Source of the DNA: a virus
Direction: 5' to 3' (one strand)
Virus record (IMG/VR): IMGVR_UViG_3300031800_000001
Location: 52,087-116,086 of that record
DNA: 64,000 nt
The notes below the pieces were generated by a model. It saw only the letters and a program-made list of their open reading frames with translations. It did no database searches and was not told the origin of the DNA. Made by a program: the position numbers and the translations under genes. Below, in pieces: positions 38,701-43,700 of this stretch; within the stretch, counting starts at the first letter, position 1, and every line of letters begins with the position of its first letter.

Positions 38701-38874
38701 GGTACAACAGACGCAACCTCGACGTCGTCCACGGAGGGTGGGGGAGATTCGAAGGAAGATAGCGAAGCAGACGCGGATAACCATGAAAGATTTGCAGAGT
38801 TAATGCAGGCGGTTGTTCTGCAGACAATAGTTGAGGAACAGAGGCCGGGAGGTTTATTGTGGAAAACGGCGTAA
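20761..38874 (+). CDS. giant tape measure protein (6037 aa) with embedded HAD phosphatase, LysM, PG-binding and SleB-like hydrolase domains
   Basis: TP901-type N-terminal core (ELARQG...LANVDAAFAVSTDDLAQAM...GNALKSIFTRI...LEELGI), long coiled coils and hydrophobic Gly-rich segments. It has three copies of the lambda-like C-terminal GG...GE(F/M)(I/V)(V/M) module and ends IVEEQRPGGLL. Confidence 0.92.
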   Translation: MADSFITLGTRLDSASLQSTLRQINSAITRVERKGVNIKVDSGKFTRPLGKITGATNEFTRSLEASNARVLAFGASAGAIFQVQRAFEFLLKSTIEVEKRLQDVNVILAQTDRGLAKFGNNLFSIAQKTAQSFDTVAEAATELARQGLTVEETLQRTNDALILTRLSGMDAAASVSSLTAALNTFNREALTSTQVINKLANVDAAFAVSTDDLAQAMRRVGSTAQDVGVSFDQLLAITASVQQTTARGGPVIGNALKSIFTRIQRKDTLNLLEELGIKVRDLEGQMLPAMNVLGNLAKKFPELSKAQQAHTAEVTAGVFQMNNLRAILADLGKEYSIYDKAVQISTGSTNEAILRNEMLNKTLDAQVKKTMALATQAAKKIGDLTLRPVSERVVGIMQKVLGDINDKDTNDIGGKIAQGMLSGIGNFLSGPGLLLLTGFLGKLGMNLAKFVKESGAQFMGLNTAAVQQKSIQEGIARILQSQPQLIARAATSTQARVVVEREIIGILEQETLAMLNLEKVAQRMAGMMVRGGVTVSGSGQVAAPAYLRGRGPKAAARGTGISAQGHIPNFAKKSEVSEIISAAEGGYKAGQIKQMKMPGLGTMTYNSREQVKHVPGFAQPFINPPLHSKAGRQHREKSVAETGVDPYAVPNFANPAMLSLYARGRLGVGTIGMPGKGAAASLESFGIGRFYKSGPKVPKGQKNVLRTAYDHAIAGHGVSAVKGKIALGEIGEVAVARATMPSDVAKRFYNDLLSPAMGKTAYKGFTDALGGKTKAAGIAQDIVYHQNGTARSFQGARERAMEVLANNPAAKGSFFAKAELTHSTLLEKALFERGAGQHLLPFSKVKMGQGETILDAITVKGGKVIGPAEFKPTFHAGMSGRDARGSLSYKSLFSSDSGKEGGLLHFLRSGMEKNIARGGYKDKSGQFHGPEKLRGDLNKLDDYISTAKTSDFARMQRVSQGEITLEGAKSATAIKDIFGKDVMKLLESTPSASNYDKLMAHFGAAQGFIPNLMMRGSMKKKLATASTSGKGNIFDFDGTLGIPPKGMVTTPTGMRKMQESDTWHGWSVGHMKPTELAMAAAKNKEPITVLTARGQDSVPYIQSWLKAQKIPYSEVIATGSRQYPKGIEKTHQKKAYEIFERPHLRNAKFYEDSRANAYYAALRGASKDMNIQPRIVDFGSRWGQVNPAGQGLIPNFSKDSSLTAAFKREKKATGLPENQLYAASIDTPEYKGLAVGNKRDERTRTDLIKAVKSHPNPARAGMKASGGYIPNFAADSVDYMAMTSGMMMAGMMMQMGGSSAQEKQMLADQKSDFRKQENIKKKARAAAKNQERAQKSQERERTRLQTEVKTAEREGQQATKAQLQAKHGTATTPGGPRTGGVKQAQAAQQRAADRIVRREVNRAIMHGGTPATLAGGAPIPTGGTPARIAGLGMAGVHAEAGGGRGINPATGLPHTAAYNAKIEKLRGVGFGKAQQIIAQSTQTTGTTPRGAVAVHGGDKAAKDLTKKTLLLQKAREAEARAADRVKAASDKKTAAAAKIIAQDKEIAKSSRKVTAAKAAEAKATERAAAMKPDRKAAISKWVKGKGFGLGIGIQMMAGVAEQFVGGKGETPEERAEKAKVRGVGTAAGMAGTGAMIGGVPGALIGLAIGSGLAVMDHQKASKKTAEDYAKAIQKETEARKKALLGAESYIKLQGRLTGMFNRGAGPAEQGLMRRQMKEQLMQVEDAGLRRGLIEAAGDESKMREAMAKVQETISIQEKKGGIGVLAAKAAEAGGGTRTPLMKDLAKTLSSAFELKGIKTWELMGKSGAELTTTLEGMGVGAKEAADMIAALGEENQGLIPQIMAQAQGYEELEAETSRSVESIERMALATADLNYRLSQISNSFEHLMNVSKQFFDHSQKVTKALSGSITGDDTIGKERRERFGLTGNILKNIETNTLKNTLLQKRFHDAILKMTMEKSSAGGSLPGGLQQLQVLAREMIVGPASLAAEAYREIIGDKEGTGGLGRVTARKLEDALSKAENEIKENSLKLAQSNRLLIIQNQLAVSNRSFQRRRTLQESMTAGGAFGGGGIIDALKNLTTVAGIPTRRETSRVAMMQMQGLRDLEKMGFDFANGIGKAIKENLLERTFRAEAPDALEALGMSPDNVSKIINSNFNPDVSKNIIESMNSAQGGMMAQVIDSANLSKIAQEERQYKAKLLEAEFKNRNMLVESLGANVDVTALLIGSNYDLIVSNEKLGEDSMDAQEFGARERRTNDQIYKAAIDTAMKGAVSKMGEIMVKANQGFMQAVEVFRGEQDLQHTRINQEKAFASLAGKTAGAEDMLSSLSRGEKFEMTPPKAEEIFDKSGFTRALSWVLRHEAAFLGMFSPTETMTWENLTESLDTSGVIGVRGHDVKASAFDENMMAFMKRMQRGGGEEDKLRMKAGFEAYRSTLTDANVPQFEQMSISMVRAQEGLLMAFAKISEIADKQGLIERIEDPGGGANIIRGALPLDLADWPKIAEFMGATADPAEAMRQMKKALSEMVFEGDAGKWQPNMIAELSNLSEVVRLMGREKGFEAYELKADPAKLLTALLAIQTAVIGVHPSQQGQIYTRREGSVIGHGTAQGQTFEQAVQRGERTSREFWNEIPVFSQQQPLPEGEYEKMMGAVSSMMEDYRSAGRLLFSNFQKTFKEGGTVNTDIAKQLKRSIDTLEGNEGRIRTILAALAKRTGGEEGFFETHDDLLPLLDGFDTITDEFLAMLRAIIDPDKGIVVDKKLAEQIADLLKDTLPPLKPFRAGQIYTGKPIPDRPEGGGTGDLGKAWATAFSTKVKDDLKNWKMSMDPAGELGSAMSQFEGTGPEWTDALGVLRSVVTALDELDLTISADPLETPLLAIQQSMDALKKINTNGNEDIRNAFNNKEDVVIETLRNILEAILSDESTSSSQREEIRKALNLLPDAYKRTMEDIAGRSGTRMIRDELLKLRQRGNNGTPLSPPLIPGSMLAGQVRRGTQQTSRPLTTMARQTFGKYGRAFLGGNKDYKGPRSGLPSANSLLGIKTSFKNIPDPSKIDDMMRDIQKASPDIKDPAKRASLSYLSMLKTGQKTIFNVAQQVAERLRGDNTLMIEEIHKLAPVLGDLPFRELEEGLKAANKDMSAVVRDQTDATSKAAGMAKTLSKHTMEMANIFINQNLLANFRGPQQIDKARKVGKQWMDTLKEGIPDIGGKMDPSRLGPEGLKPGTYKGGLFGGKLNQDGLWRRAAARKEGDPFIPDRTRDYEHSMMGPGSIWQLSPTRGDDTFANKRDMAYRFLEKLKQGKAHQRMMAAPGGTTGGPPALGFQPGREHTILGGETAGVIAQKFGVSLENLKEANSQIADINRINAGDKMNIPAQYSIEHTLGQKLTANQQKKIAEQLDKQFKEGVVYHNEMHKATVARKKIAENAKEIAGIEEKIKNRTIEASKAQDKLKALYAQRVMIESKLNEKEKSLAIQSSKIGDDNIRARHQAVVLRAALEQRAIKERTDQTAMLQKTVDVHGGRALLPEEIKDPRAKAAADQIAINEAANEQGQRFVDSLQAERDALLQANAALEGFSKAIGISSKDLQNMSPFELNLELIRQEGLPRQNLLDAMRSPRMPQPGGKFAAQTFSAISPSRVGEAQQKNLKEEMEKILRIEKEAAAGPRKIHLAESKVAEAKIITAGFMREPEFKAFEKSSGALKTAENKRVSEEEKVVTLLVAKGELLKKEGDNAKALDALGEEIENANTAVVIARGVEKTAIDKHNATYAEYINVIKAGEDAENELNKAKQSHIDALGAQGVIIRNWGSVAEAAIEIQKRFVTAEHVKRMEQLDTQIASTTMSLALMDDPKKFRELLESTKKLTEAQLRLAAKQARLEEAAGIGTAQDTYQREQDVTRQQLRTGKIGVWEAFGADTFEKGEAMSRGWKERVLDDMIEIREGMISSFSDGWAAFALEGKSASEVAKQWGRDFLRMINQAFYNATIGRFMGNLMSGGFGSYGRPSLPRQQSGGELHGPSHSKGGIKLEAEGGEFIVRKSEVRKPGVLGHLREINEGRVFQQGGPVGINRNIWRHPTTWPDQQPVMPGWGGGRQLGGKFQGQQNWAGQKVLPNAAGNPGGQHGIFANDFAPPAFHHRQSELEMIDLFNQRAGAAGNPFNLQKGKGAAFAKNRMDNMMQAIAGGGYLDNEHTLLGFGHRIGPNGPMLPLPARLNEKEHAAREQLQFFQDENPLAFNHLNQWWRKNKSGWTNPQVYQEGGHVMPLGAPGFSIAEKREAFKNQTLRDLKRLKMDHPRGWDIEGWPPMWTPWKQFDNEQEYKKAIVAQRRADWQADMNREDEIQGMRKAGFGPKGMLLRRDPWPGPAPVGPPFVPGPAMFAPDPRNNQGGAGMLDRMEAMRRQIEAARGNRPELVRPDKYEDGGRVTLSKPTVANVPKLDKNYILKLANNPHVLNWMKDPNTIERFNLKGNETFEGAYMKMIRHAEKIKLKPGRMNQTLSGAGIPLWRDGMTPDVANKMMGAGWIRPEAFGVLNEWFNIRDGGRGGMWARDEKNTGRWGGGVNAFYTGESEIKDQQRGLNKNLTSMGLMSPNPKPGQIKPLKVDGWDGDATTAALTLFRNKKGIPIPSRAATNDEILAHPTFAPHRIPLPGKLRDKKTRDALGMVGHHPGMSRAGWRGVAPWDMMKEKRFKSTNRAEVEVHPYTGMVDQDGPGVREGWELDPKSKWYREEEGFPSRYEIIPGKGLGHVVKVGESITAIGQQYKKEMMLSGSKDGSATTLSLALQAANPKLMETLKQRAGGKPDISKFLMPNDVVLIPGGGNLFDPKANMKAGELDGKPFPGFRRGWWDQFNKQHSSFKMDYMEYGAGGVVWDPRSSASVPNRFTRQSRLQIPGTPVSGIEGNQLLPQHRAWNNRLSAFWATTFAASGNNVPLATQRFYDGIQDHMTAGRVRAAGGQHGVSPGGYRYTRGPAVSTLVGGNIDDGGVAGMGPPARGHRIAMRNANSYFQREETPDFAPWGIHPSAVDKDVARVIFSEVGAQHEDLVHVVGDAMRNRYDNQASRTRHGISTEHGISVNGARYPARVRDRAWQVQAPNRNGRGLTWRAATAAEGVTASKIGMKDIAWQGAPGGFRPETTQQFTAIGHRENDNWHLSGRLSVFHQSPQGFADMNTWLGGGPAGRAVTAQYSRHYGSDVLGNATDGWIGARESIQNVWKKSLAQSASNKRIGNPADGVTLPGQQQSGLLAKDDEWYKSWQIGMSSEFDPRMKPTAMTQNVGPFWLWRADYTTDWQSRANDQQRSDRGLPTRRGRVQADRRQRGGLITAGSGVTDDVPVYLKKGEMVMTQKAVQDNGVQYFKDIEAGRVRMEEGGEVDEEMINEANKATEKNQENEGEETGERNPPSLNEKYGMNLAEAWGGAPGEFKMEGIATQDKKWYNSGNMPGQGMRRVAEVVEERFGKGFKYGGTNTFAYNDPDKPSLGRFFVDNKMSMYAMEAKDNPQNEMREKRRKMFVDYKVYLNDEYKNRKQQFDDFKKKKKQMLKAAWIQFAVAMVQVGVAAKSESANAEYGTEEQVKANPGKYKSMKGAPKGTKAGSYVNPTAQASWANKMKWADSPGGSALIAGTTTAAIGYGMGMEGKDIALTAGTAMATAAITSYAKIKGMGKQEQNALNSNDPAIQQAALDRWKKHLRPEEIAGAEQSIEFHGTEQQLKQWVKEENKWQKSSMHWANLANDDQTPEGQRALAKRTAQSHANKLRHVQAQKNAFIGNSQALHPDLLVRDAKNNVWGMNAKTRANLKSIKIGWARSKEAATVRRNQLEGMNENADMLGRMMQPGGNMGGFPIPRKAQGGLITGADGPPGEDTVRALLTRGEFVVSKEGVDKFPGGANALLRYNDIAKHGGQVARFAEGGMVTGRESQFNPTSPITAATGGALGLNVGQGAEGMTDSLMQLVDIVQSIRDTVDKETAEKQREKTAGGQNDTQNGTSGVNQEITNNVAVTVNVNNDGTTDATSTSSTEGGGDSKEDSEADADNHERFAELMQAVVLQTIVEEQRPGGLLWKTA

Positions 38875-38902
38875 ATCAAGTTAAATAAGGATACAACAGA
38901 AA

Positions 38903-39799
38903 ATGGCAAAAGAATCAATTTATAATCGGGGCTCCATAAAGGAAGGCGGGAACACGGTTGTCTGCCAATCAAGGTTTCATGCGCCAACACACGCAAGGGT
39001 CGGATCTTACATAAGGTTCTATGGCGACAACGAGATGTATCAAATAGCAAAGATGGAGCCATTTTTTTGCATACTTGATTTTGAAACAATAATATCAGAT
39101 AGGGTTTTTGTGAAAGATGAAGACGCCGTGGGATTGGTCGTGGGAGACCTAGTAGAAATTTCATACAAAGAGTACGAGCTCTCAGCCTCTATAAACGTAA
39201 TGAACGGGGGAGAAGGGTACTTAAAAGGTGACACTTTTATCGTAAAAGATGGTGTGCCAGCGGAAGACGTGATAAGTACAGAGAAAAGTCATGCAAAAAT
39301 TGAAGTAATTGAAGTGGATAAAAACGGTTGCGTCATAAAAGTTAAAGTCGTTGATTGCGGGAAATATTGGGAATCTCCGCCGGAGCAAGTTTCATTAGGT
39401 TGGGAACCGAAAGGCGGTTCAGGAAAAGGCGCAGAACTAGCTTTAGTATATAAGACAACAGATTATCGGTCCGCGATGACAAGAGAGGTCACCTCGCTGG
39501 AGGTTGCAGAAGGGGGCTGGAGGGTAATTTTTTCGAATACGCTCCCTCCTAATGTGCTTGGGGGCAAGCTTTCTTGTAAAAAACATAAATTGATTTTAAG
39601 TTCTACTTATGTTTCTATGACAAAATGGTCGGAGCATTTTCAACTTATAGTAGACTTTACGCCTAATTGTGGGGTGCCATTGATGCTGGAGAATAGTTTA
39701 TCTGTGTCGTTGGTATACAATAAGGCTATGATACTTTTAGATAAGAAAATAAAAATGCTTGAAAAAGAAATCGAAAGCCTAAAAGAGAAAGCGGATTAA
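38903..39799 (+). CDS. putative tail/baseplate-associated structural protein
   Basis: Directly after the TMP. Has 'V.NGGEGY..GD...V.VVDCGKY...P...GGSGKGA' beta repeats seen in phage structural proteins and a C-terminal coiled coil. Confidence 0.5.
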   Translation: MAKESIYNRGSIKEGGNTVVCQSRFHAPTHARVGSYIRFYGDNEMYQIAKMEPFFCILDFETIISDRVFVKDEDAVGLVVGDLVEISYKEYELSASINVMNGGEGYLKGDTFIVKDGVPAEDVISTEKSHAKIEVIEVDKNGCVIKVKVVDCGKYWESPPEQVSLGWEPKGGSGKGAELALVYKTTDYRSAMTREVTSLEVAEGGWRVIFSNTLPPNVLGGKLSCKKHKLILSSTYVSMTKWSEHFQLIVDFTPNCGVPLMLENSLSVSLVYNKAMILLDKKIKMLEKEIESLKEKAD

Positions 39800-40755
39800 A
39801 ACTCTTTGGGTAATCTGTCCTCTAGTTCTTCCTGTGTGAAACTAGGGTATTCTTGTATGACTCTGTTGTAAATCTTCGCGGAAACAACGGCCTGTTTACC
39901 GTTAGGAGAAGTTGGTTTGGACACGATAAGCTTGGGGTCTTCTATGTATCCGCATCCGGGTGTTATAACTATAACCTCAGTTAACGAACCGTTTTCTATG
40001 ATACATTGATATTTAGGAGACATAGCTCCAACATATTCACACTGAAACTCTATAGTCGGGGGGGCTGTGTAGCTTGATCCACCGCTCAGAATATCCACGA
40101 TTAAAATATTATGGAATGGCGTAAATCTTAAGGCGTCTTGCCTGCCGTATCTTTGGTTGAAAAGCTCCACGTAAAATCTCTGTTGAGAGGTGGTAAACGC
40201 ATCGAAGGAGTCGACCAAACCAACGGGTGTGCCTTTGTAATAAATTTGACCATTTCTTTGGCTAAATCTAGAATCGTTCTGAGATATACCTGTCCACTCC
40301 CCATTGCTTTTCACAACCTCAAGGGTTTCAGCCCATTTTGTGAGCACAAAGTTCGGCAAGTCTCTTAGGAACTCTTTGTTGGTAACTATTATTTTCTTTT
40401 CTTTTTCGTCATTTTTTTCTAGAGCTCGCATGAATTGAATATCCAAATCCTTAAGCAACTCTCTTCTTTGTGGCATCCAATAATTAAAATTTAATTCTAT
40501 CATTTTAGCAGAATCCCATTTTACGGAATCGGTTGCTCGATCATAGACAAGACACGGCAAATAAAATTCAGGTATGACTTTGTCGCCAGAATCGACAACC
40601 GTGGCGTGAAGGACATCGTCCATCGTTTTTTTATTAGTGTCGAGGGTGTAGTGGAAAAGGAAGTCGATATCTTGCCCAGCCCTTATAATGTGCATCTCAG
40701 ACGGAGGGGCTTGATTTTTATCCTCGGGCTTAAAAAATATAACTAAAATTTGCAT
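39796..40755 (-). CDS. tail fibre assembly chaperone-like protein with a C-terminal GGSxY..P beta module
   Basis: RRELLKDLDIQFMRALE...KEFLRDLP resembles the Tfa-type helical hairpin. It lies downstream of J and carries ILSGGSSYTAPP / ITPGCGYIEDP repeats. Confidence 0.55.
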   Translation of the reverse strand: MQILVIFFKPEDKNQAPPSEMHIIRAGQDIDFLFHYTLDTNKKTMDDVLHATVVDSGDKVIPEFYLPCLVYDRATDSVKWDSAKMIELNFNYWMPQRRELLKDLDIQFMRALEKNDEKEKKIIVTNKEFLRDLPNFVLTKWAETLEVVKSNGEWTGISQNDSRFSQRNGQIYYKGTPVGLVDSFDAFTTSQQRFYVELFNQRYGRQDALRFTPFHNILIVDILSGGSSYTAPPTIEFQCEYVGAMSPKYQCIIENGSLTEVIVITPGCGYIEDPKLIVSKPTSPNGKQAVVSAKIYNRVIQEYPSFTQEELEDRLPKEF

Positions 40756-40757
40756 GA

Positions 40758-43700
40758 TTAACTTAAATTGTAAGTGCTAATACCTTGGTCTTGTCCGTAC
40801 TTAGTAGCTTTTGTCGTGTCCCAAGTATCAAAATTGTAATCAAAAACTGGATCAGAACTTAATTGGCCAAATCCACCAAGGTCTTCTCCTCCCGGTGGGA
40901 AAGGCGAGCCGAGTAATATGCCAACAAAAAGATTTCCTTGTACTGGCCTGCTACCTTGACCGAAGCCTCCAAGCGCAGAGTCTTTGAGGGTGAAGTGAGT
41001 CGTTGTCTTTTGGAGAACGCCATCCTTTGTGAGTATTTGCATATTTGGAGAAAGAGATGAGTCCGACCCATAAACGGGGATTCTGTCAGTTGCTGTCCTC
41101 CATTTGGGCGTCGCAGAGAACCAAACAACTATTTCATACTGATCTGTGGGTTGTGGCGTAGTAAATGTAAATTTGCGAGCTTGTCTGTATGCTTGGATAG
41201 TTGTGAAATTATATTTTGTTTCTGGGCTTTTACCTCCAGTACTCCAAGCTCTTCTTATTTGATAGTCTCCGGCGTAATCCACAAGGGTAATTGTATCGAA
41301 ACCTCCTAGGTGATAGCTAAGGTCTGTCGCGCAATCCCAGTTAACGTTTACGACTGCCCAAGCTCTCCACGACAAAGAGCCAGCCAAGAAGGCGTTTCTC
41401 GCTCCAATCTTGATAACGTTATCGGAAAACTCGTTGCCCCATAATAATTTTTTAACTATATCTTTTTTGGTGGGTCTTTGTTTTCCGGCTTCCGATAAAA
41501 AATGATCAACAAACGCAACGGCCATATAAAGATGCGTAAATGATCCGACCTCTCCTATAGCGCTCTCGGATTGAATGTTCTGGAACGGAGTAGGCACGCT
41601 AAGTGCATAATCAAGACTGGAGGTAAACCCTTGGCCCATAACGAGATACGTCTCGGCGCTCAAATTGAGTCTATACGGACTCGTTAGCTCTGCTGAGTTA
41701 TCGCCCCCAAGGCTTCCATCGTCATCTATGAGGCCATTTTGTAGCATCGTTGGTATGTCGGAGGTGTCAAAGTGACTTCTTGAAATTAAGAAGGCGGCAT
41801 TTGTAACATCAGCTTGTCCTGTAACGCGTCCCGGAAGATCTCTTCTAAGGAGAAAATTAAGAGTTCCATCGGCGTTTAACCATTGGTCGGTACAGTAATT
41901 GACAGTGTTTGGGTGCACGCAGTTTTCTGCAGCTTGACCGGGTCCTTCTGCAACTCGGTGAGTTAATCTTATTCCACTTGCGGGTGTGTTTTGAATATAT
42001 AATATATCATATCCAGCTGGATTTTCAGCATGAGAGGAGTCCTGAGTGAGGACACCGGCGGGAGTATATAAAACTTGACCTCCAGCAGAAGAGTTGCCGT
42101 CTGCATCTATAGCTTCTACAACGACATCCATTGCTCTAAGTGGGGTAACGATTTCCCCTCTTACGGAGGGATAATCGTATCCAGCGGGCAAAGCAATGTC
42201 CATATTATCATTTAAAGAAAGAGAATAATTAAGGTCAGCAGGAGTCTGGCCAGTAATCTCCTTATGAATCAAGGGGTCTGGGAAATCATTTCCGGGACCA
42301 GATGGTTTTCTAAAGGTTATCCTAAATGTATAATCTTGAGGGAGAGCCAGCCCTGCCAGTTCAGTTGGATCACCCGCGAAACCGGCTTGCCAAGCTATGT
42401 TGGCGTTCCCAAGATGATAATAGGGCCAGCCGTCTTTGCTTCCAGCGTCGTTATCAACGTTAGTTAACGCGTAGTTTGCCGCTTCTGATACCTGCTGTGT
42501 AAAGTCTGATAAATCTGTGGCCCCAGCTAAAGAAAGCGCAGATATGGATACGTCCCTAATAAGATTAATATCACTGACGGTTACGCTAGCTGCGCAGTGA
42601 GCGTTCCTACTTTCTGATCTTCCGTGTTTGTTTACCGAATAAATCCTTACATAGTATGTTCCGTTTTGGAATGGAATAAAATATGTGGATGGAGAACTGC
42701 CATCGTCAGGAACAAACCTACTAAAATATACACCGTTTGGGTGGGCTCCCCATATATCTTCATGAAAATCTTCGCTGTTAACGAAATTGGCGTCCCTCTT
42801 TATGTAAATATTATAGCCAGCTAAATTAGTGTCTGGACTTGGCTTATTCCATCGAATCGTAACCTTTTTTGCTGTTAAGCTGCCTAGCTGAGAAATGGTA
42901 AATGGACTAGACGAGAACGTAGGAGCATTTGGGGTGCCTATAGATTCCGTCACGAGGGGCTCGTATTTTTTATCAACAAAATCAAACTTATCGGGGTCAT
43001 GCGCTACGCATTGAACTCCATATCTGAAATTATTTTTTTCTTCTACCCCGATGACTTTCCAGAGCTCTTGATCTCGTTTACCGCCGTGTCCTTGGAGCAA
43101 AGCGCCGGTATATGCCACTGACCAGATGAAACTGTCTGGCGAATCCTCTACGAACCCGGAATAGTTGACCCCATCAGGAGCTAATTGTTCATTCCCGTTT
43201 CTGTCCCAAAGCAGCCCTGTGAATCCTGTTACGTTGTAATCTTTGTCGTTGAGTACGTTTGTTCCGTTGTGGTATAGCCCCGTGAAATGTATTATAGTGT
43301 GGTTTTCAATGGACGTTTTGTCATAGTCAGAAATTGATAATGACCCATCAGCCATTAAGTCATTGGTGGCCCAACCACTTTCTCCCACGAAGTTGGTTAA
43401 TGTTCCGACCCCGGCATCTGCTTTCCTGAAATTAAGATTCTGAACAGCGGATTTTCTGCTATAAAGATTTGCCAAATCGCTTGTGCTAAGGTCAGTTACC
43501 AGAGGGTCACCATAAGCTGGAGGGGTTACGATGCTAAAATTTAATTGAGCCTTATCGCCGAGCTCAGGTATTGAATAATGAGCGCCACCATCAAGCCAAC
43601 CAGATATCGAGCTATCAAGAACTGCTCTCCCCGTCCAGTTCGGTTGGCCGTCCATGTTATGGCCAGAAGAAATCTGAAAATTAAGAATTCTCCCCCCCCT

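Noticed and set aside
21771-39234. Numerous 60-240 aa ORFs antisense or out of frame within the TMP and next gene
   Set aside because: They are fully nested in a long, well-supported CDS and have no recognisable motifs or start signals.
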